NCBI GenBank assembly: GCA_040285825.1
Contig: JAUPSS010000004.1
Location: 3,603,658 to 3,667,657 of the forward strand
Direction of reading: 5' to 3'
DNA: 64,000 bases
Origin: Eukaryota sp. TZLM1-RC
Lineage: Eukaryota > Protista > Metamonada: BaSk clade
Shown: in pieces, positions 58,921 to 64,000 of the stretch
Layout: every line of letters begins with the position of its first letter
Position numbering within the stretch: the first letter of the stretch is position 1
Notes under the pieces: generated by a model
Told to the model about the DNA's origin: nothing
Database searches by the model: none
The model's input: the letters and a program-made list of their open reading frames with translations, nothing else
Made by a program: the position numbers and the translations under genes

Positions 58921-61900
58921 ATGTCAGACGCACCCCCTGGTCCAAATAAAATTCAGAATTATATGGATTCGCTGCTGAGTGAAACCATCCAGGAGCAAGC
59001 TTGCATTGAGCCCTACTGGGAGCTCATTTCCAGCCCTCCTGAGATTCCACCTTCACAGGTGAGTTCTTGTTCAACCAAATGTAACAAGGGAACTTTTTCT
59101 CATGAAGACTCTCCTTACCATTTGGTTGAAAATAGACTACTTGGTCAGATTGTCTCTTCCTCTTTTTTAATTGAGAAGGGTCGATGTGTCCAAGTAGTCC
59201 ATCATGAAGTTTTTAAAAACTGTTTTTTAATTAATTATTCCACATTTTTGATTAATAAACATTTTTTAAATCCTTCAAGAAAACACACTATCTATGAATT
59301 TGCTGGTCGTGTCTGGGGCACGAACCTGGAAGCTGTTTGTGTTTTCCACATCAGTGTTTCCACCCACAGCCTCTTTATAGAAGGGAGCAATTCATTTTGT
59401 GTTTATTTTGGAAAGATTGATGATCCATCTGATAAAATCTTTTATAATTTTTTTATTAAAAATTATATAAATTTAATTCCTTTTTATAATAACAATATAT
59501 ATTTTAAAAAAATTAATTTATCAGGTGGAGGGCAACAAAGTCTTGATGTTAAAGACAGGTGGTTAGATGATGAACAAATCACTGATTCGATCAACAACTT
59601 TATCAATCAGTCATCAACTCCACAGTCACATCACAAAATACTTGTTTGGTCCATCGCATCAGCCCTATTGTTTTTTAGGGGATATGTTCAAGAGGATTTT
59701 TGCTCACAATTTATCAATTCTGAGGATGGAGAAAATACATTGATTCTTCTACCCTATAATGATGCATTTCATCAATCAAATTTGGTTGTATCTGTTGAGG
59801 AACAATTTACCATTGGTCAACATTGGGTACTTGTTGCATTTTGGATCAAATTCAGAACAGTAAAAGCTTTTCTTTTTGATAATCTTCGTCATAATGAAGA
59901 ACAACATCAAAAAATTAATTCAGTAATTTTTGAAAAACTTGGAATCAATATCAGTCAGAATTTATCAGAATTTTTTCAATCTAATTTGTATGATTGTGGA
60001 ATATTCAATATATTGTTTGCAAAAAGAATGATCAATTTGTTTTTGTCAAATCAGCTCAATTCAATTGATTCAGCTCATGTTAAACATTTTGTCAATCAGG
60101 ACAAAAGTTGTTTTTATAGCTGTGTTGACATTGAACGAAAATCATTTGAGACAAAGAAATGCTCCTCTGTACATAAAAACATCAGAAAAAGGCGAGCTGA
60201 TGTATTGAATAGACCTTGGAAACGTTTAAAAACACTTTTCAATGACAATCCACTGACTCAATTCAAATACCTTTTAGTGACATTATCAAATGTCAAAACA
60301 CAATTTATTCTCAAAATTCTACATTTTGATATTGAAACTTTGGTGTTGGGTAAAAAGCTCAGTGATGAGGATGAAATAATTGTCATTGCTGCATGAAAAC
60401 ATTCCATCTCTTACTGTCAATCTACAAGAAAGATTGTTGCAAATTCTGTTTCTCATATTTTTACTGGAGAACAGATTGAACTAAATCTTTGTTTTTGTGA
60501 TCTTGTAGAAAAATCAACAAGCAGAAATGAACATTATTGCACAGTTGATGATAAAGATATCACTTTATATCATCATTCCTCTGAACAAGAATTGCTGAGT
60601 TCATTTGAAAAATTATTAGAAACTTAAAATCCTCATATAATATGTGGTTTTAATATTCTCAATTTTGACATCCCACATATTATGAAACGTTCTGAAAATG
60701 AGGACTTTTTTAAGGGTGAAATCGGTGCTACTGAATGGGTTCAATTCCATAACTCAAATTTAATAGAATTGAATCACAAACACTTGAACCCCTTAATTGC
60801 TGGTCGATTTGTTGTTGATATTTGTAGTATTTACACAAATTATGACCAACCACGCAAACTAAACACAGTTTATAAAATTTTATTAGGGGAAAGTAAAATT
60901 GACCTTGATCCCCAATATATTGCAAAGTATTGGAAGGTTCATGAAGATGATCCCTTCTCAGATTTTTCCTTATCCCAAAGAAGAACTGCAGTTGCAGTTT
61001 ATTGTTTAAGCGATACAGATTTAACCATGAAATTATTTAATTTCTTTAACAATGACCAATTCATGGAAACTGTTAAACAAAAACCTTATGATGGTTATAA
61101 GGACAGTCTAAAAAATGTCATCAGAGATCCGAAAATGATTGACGTGATCGATGAGGCAGTAATTAGGTGTCAGGAAATTTCTATTGTTGGTTTAGAATTC
61201 ATTTGTGGTTATTATTTGCATCTTTTTGACTTAAACCCAAATGCTATTTTACCAAAAATTGAAACCCAATTATTTCGTGACTCTTTTCTTGTGGTCACGT
61301 CTCAAAGCGATGAGGAAATTTCCCTTAACGCAAATACAAAAACAGTTTTGCAAAATTCTCGTTGTGCCCCGTTGTTGGAATTCTATCACCAACACTTCAA
61401 AGAAAAACTTGTTCCAAAAGTTTTATCAAAAAAAGGAATCAGTAATATTTTGCATTACACAATTGACTGATTGTGAATTTCAAAAATAACATCCAGGAGC
61501 ATTACTTTGATTACTTGAATCGGTTTGTCGATGTTTTTTATGATGTTAAGAGAAACAACAACGTCCTGAAAAAGCAAGAAAAGAAAAACTTCTCATCATT
61601 CATCAGCAAAGTTAAATCCCTCCTTCTAGAAGGATGTAGAGATATTGATGGCGAAACTTCTACAATGAGAAACAAAGTCTCATCAATTACTTCGCTTTTC
61701 ATTAATGACCAGATCCCTCTTTTACTTCCCAGTAATTCTAAAAGGGAAAAGTATTCAAAATTTGATTTTTCGTCAAAATCAAATTATTATTTGAGGGCAA
61801 TGTTTTATATTAATAATTATTTAGAAGATGAGGAGAGTAAACTCTTTCATGCTCTGCCTTTGAAGAATTCTTGTATTCCCTCGTATATCAGAATTGACAA

Positions 61901-63303
61901 GACAAGTTTATTGGACATGTTCTTTGTCCAATTCAAGGACATTCTTGGTCCAAGGTCGTCTTACCAATGCAATAATCAAGCTGCTGATTTGGTTTTATGG
62001 GACACCATTTTAAAAATTGACGAGATTAAAAACACTAAACTTTATGCATAAAATTCCAAGTACATCATGTCTAGTATCGAGACTGATGGAATAGCAGTAT
62101 CATTCATTCAATTTAGAATGGACTTGAAAAAGTACAAAGTAACTGCAAAAGAATTAAAAGATAAAGAAAAATATATTGATGATCCCAGCATCAATCCTTC
62201 TGAATTTCAAGCTATGACCCTTGCTGCTGCTGATCCAGGAAAATCTGATCTACTCTATTTTTCTGCCAATTTAGCTACTGGAATGACTCATTCAAAAAAA
62301 ACCTGAGAGAGATAAATACGTTCATTTCAGGTACACTCAAAATCAACGAAGATTTGAGTCGAAAAGTTCCAAATTCAAAAGAATAAGAGACAGCATACGC
62401 AATGACACTCTTATCACAATAAGTAACTCCACTGGTAGAGTGATTGATCTATCCAATTATGAACCATCTGAAGAACAACAACAAAGAATGGATTTAAACA
62501 GCAGTATAATTAATCAAATGACTGAAAGAACAATTAGTTTATTAAGAGGTGAAGTGCCTCAAGAAATCAATATTCCTCACGAAATTGATTACTCATTCAA
62601 TTTGAGAAATAATGATCACACGACTAAATCTGTAGCAGAATGGGAGGCAACATTATCCCAATTCAATTCCAAAAGCTGCAGGTTTGATAGATTTATGGAG
62701 TACATCAAACAAAAGAATTTTGTGAATAGTATCGTTGGTCAAGTCTATCATCAAAAAATATTTAGGAAACTAAGATGGTGGACTGAGATTAATCGCACAA
62801 GATCCGAGGCAAAAATGATCCAAAGATTCAAATCTGTAATTGGTGATCCCAGCCAAGTAGTTATTGGAATCGGAGACTGGGAACAACGAAAACACATGAA
62901 ATTCAAAGAACCTACCAAGGGAAAAGGTTTGAGAATTCTATTTAAAAAGGCTGGTTATAAGGTCTTTTTGATTGATGAGTTTCGAACCAGTTGCTGTTGT
63001 TTCAACTGTAAGAGAGCGGAGAAGACAGTTGAAACATTCAGATGGTGCAGAAATCCTAGGCCATGGAAGAGGCATGAGATGTCTATTCGTCACGGGCTTA
63101 CCATGTGTAAATCATGCGAAAGTTTGTGGAATAGAGATCGAAATGCTTCGTTGAATATGTTGGCAGTGATGGAAGCACATGTAAATGGTGGAGATAGACC
63201 GGAATACCTGCAGAGAGTCAAGGTTGGGGGAGGCTCAAAGAAAAAGGTATTGAGAAGAAAATCTTCCACTTCCCAAAAACTCAGTCCCTCTACATCGGTG
63301 TAA
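58921..63303 (+). pseudogene. Ulp1 protease - PolB 3'-5' exonuclease - Fanzor1 fusion gene (3 in-frame stops, 2 frameshifts)
   Basis: Ulp1: WLDDEQI, QHW, FD, QSNLYDCG. Exonuclease: FDIET, GFNILNFD, YCLSD. Fanzor: NNIQEH, IETDG, DPG, RYTQNQRR, GDW, IDEFRTS, two Cys pairs, NRD, RPEYL. Confidence 0.9.
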
Positions 63304-63343
63304 AAAGGACACTTATTTATTGTTATAGACAATATCTGTTTCA

Positions 63344-64000
63344 ATGGTTTCAGTTTGTCTCGGATCTTCAACATGTTATTGTGCTTATAAACATCCAGAC
63401 ACTGGTCGTGTTCACTTAATACCAGATCAAAATTCAGGTGCACCAGGTTTTTCTCTACTCGTTTTACGTTCCAATGACTCTATGTATGACTCTTATGTAT
63501 CAATTGACACTCAATCTTCAGAGAATGCGTTGGACATGTGTTGTGGTGAATCTGATAACAAGAAAATGCTTATTTTTGTTCCAATTATCAAACGCTTGTA
63601 CAACAGCATTTCCAACTTTATAGATTTACGCTACGAGCCAGTGTACATCACCTTTTCTAATGGTATTAAGCAGATTTTGGGTGAACCACTGCTAAAACGC
63701 CTCTTTTCGCAAGTTTTTCCAACATACTCATTACGACTAGAATCTGAATGTATTGCCTCTACATATCAACATTTCAGAGGCCTTGCTGGCCATGCCAAAT
63801 ATCTTGTTTTTGATTGGGGTTATAGGGATTTAAAGTTTTCTGTTGTGGATTTCAATTTATTTGGAAAACGTGAATCTTATTCTGTGAATCATTCTTATTT
63901 AAGTGGATCATTCCTACTTGGTCATTTGGTTGATCATTTCTGCAAGGTTTTTGACACAATGTTTCAATCAAACATCATTGATTACCCACAAGCAGTTCAG
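63344..64000 (+). CDS. Divergent Hsp70-superfamily protein, runs off the window (not in ORF track)
   Basis: Stop-free from ATG 63344: MVSVCLGSSTCYCAY...GRVHLIPD...LRLESECIAS...YLVFDWGY...LSGSFLLGHLVDHF. Confidence 0.65.
   Translation, partial: MVSVCLGSSTCYCAYKHPDTGRVHLIPDQNSGAPGFSLLVLRSNDSMYDSYVSIDTQSSENALDMCCGESDNKKMLIFVPIIKRLYNSISNFIDLRYEPVYITFSNGIKQILGEPLLKRLFSQVFPTYSLRLESECIASTYQHFRGLAGHAKYLVFDWGYRDLKFSVVDFNLFGKRESYSVNHSYLSGSFLLGHLVDHFCKVFDTMFQSNIIDYPQAVQ

Noticed and set aside
60394-62051. Stop-codon reassignment or introns explaining breaks in the Fanzor fusion
   Set aside because: Host genes terminate normally at TAA, TAG and TGA. Two of the breaks are frameshifts, and no GTTTG...TAACTNAAG introns span them.
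54569-63303. Endogenous giant virus or Polinton (protease + PolB fragment + dCTP deaminase)
   Set aside because: No polymerase domain, capsid, packaging ATPase, integrase or long TIRs. The exonuclease is not of the protein-primed type and is fused to Fanzor.
1-64000. CRISPR arrays, tRNA or rRNA genes; short antisense ORFs in the track
   Set aside because: No spaced direct repeats or recognisable tRNA/rRNA seen by eye. The small ORFs are shadows of real genes or TE fragments.

Overview
AT-rich, gene-dense, almost intron-less eukaryotic DNA, most likely from a flagellated protist (inferred from a CFAP54-like ORF and 27-28 nt spliceosomal introns). Host genes include a cap 2'-O-methyltransferase, two histone clusters each linked to a PHO80-type cyclin, SAC1, an acyltransferase-like protein, a compact RNA-dependent RNA polymerase, an LtaS-like membrane enzyme, a Ras GTPase, USP4/15, DEK-C and EF-hand/WD40 proteins, PI synthase, a prokaryote-type dCTP deaminase and a divergent Hsp70. 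These are interspersed with at least three families of 5'-truncated RLE-type non-LTR retrotransposons, often nested with clear target-site duplications (TSDs), and one hAT-like MITE. The most striking item is at 58921-63303: a decayed but reconstructable ~1460-codon gene fusing a Ulp1/C48 cysteine protease, a family-B DNA polymerase 3'-5' exonuclease domain and a complete Fanzor1 (TnpB-like RNA-guided RuvC nuclease), with every catalytic residue present. A second, more degraded Fanzor at ~46.1-47.55 kb shares a 3' motif with it, a candidate omegaRNA scaffold element. Also notable are a 6-bp/4-nt histone 3' stem-loop after all seven histone genes and two unexplained structured non-coding islands. 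All assignments come from motif recognition by eye; no database search was run.
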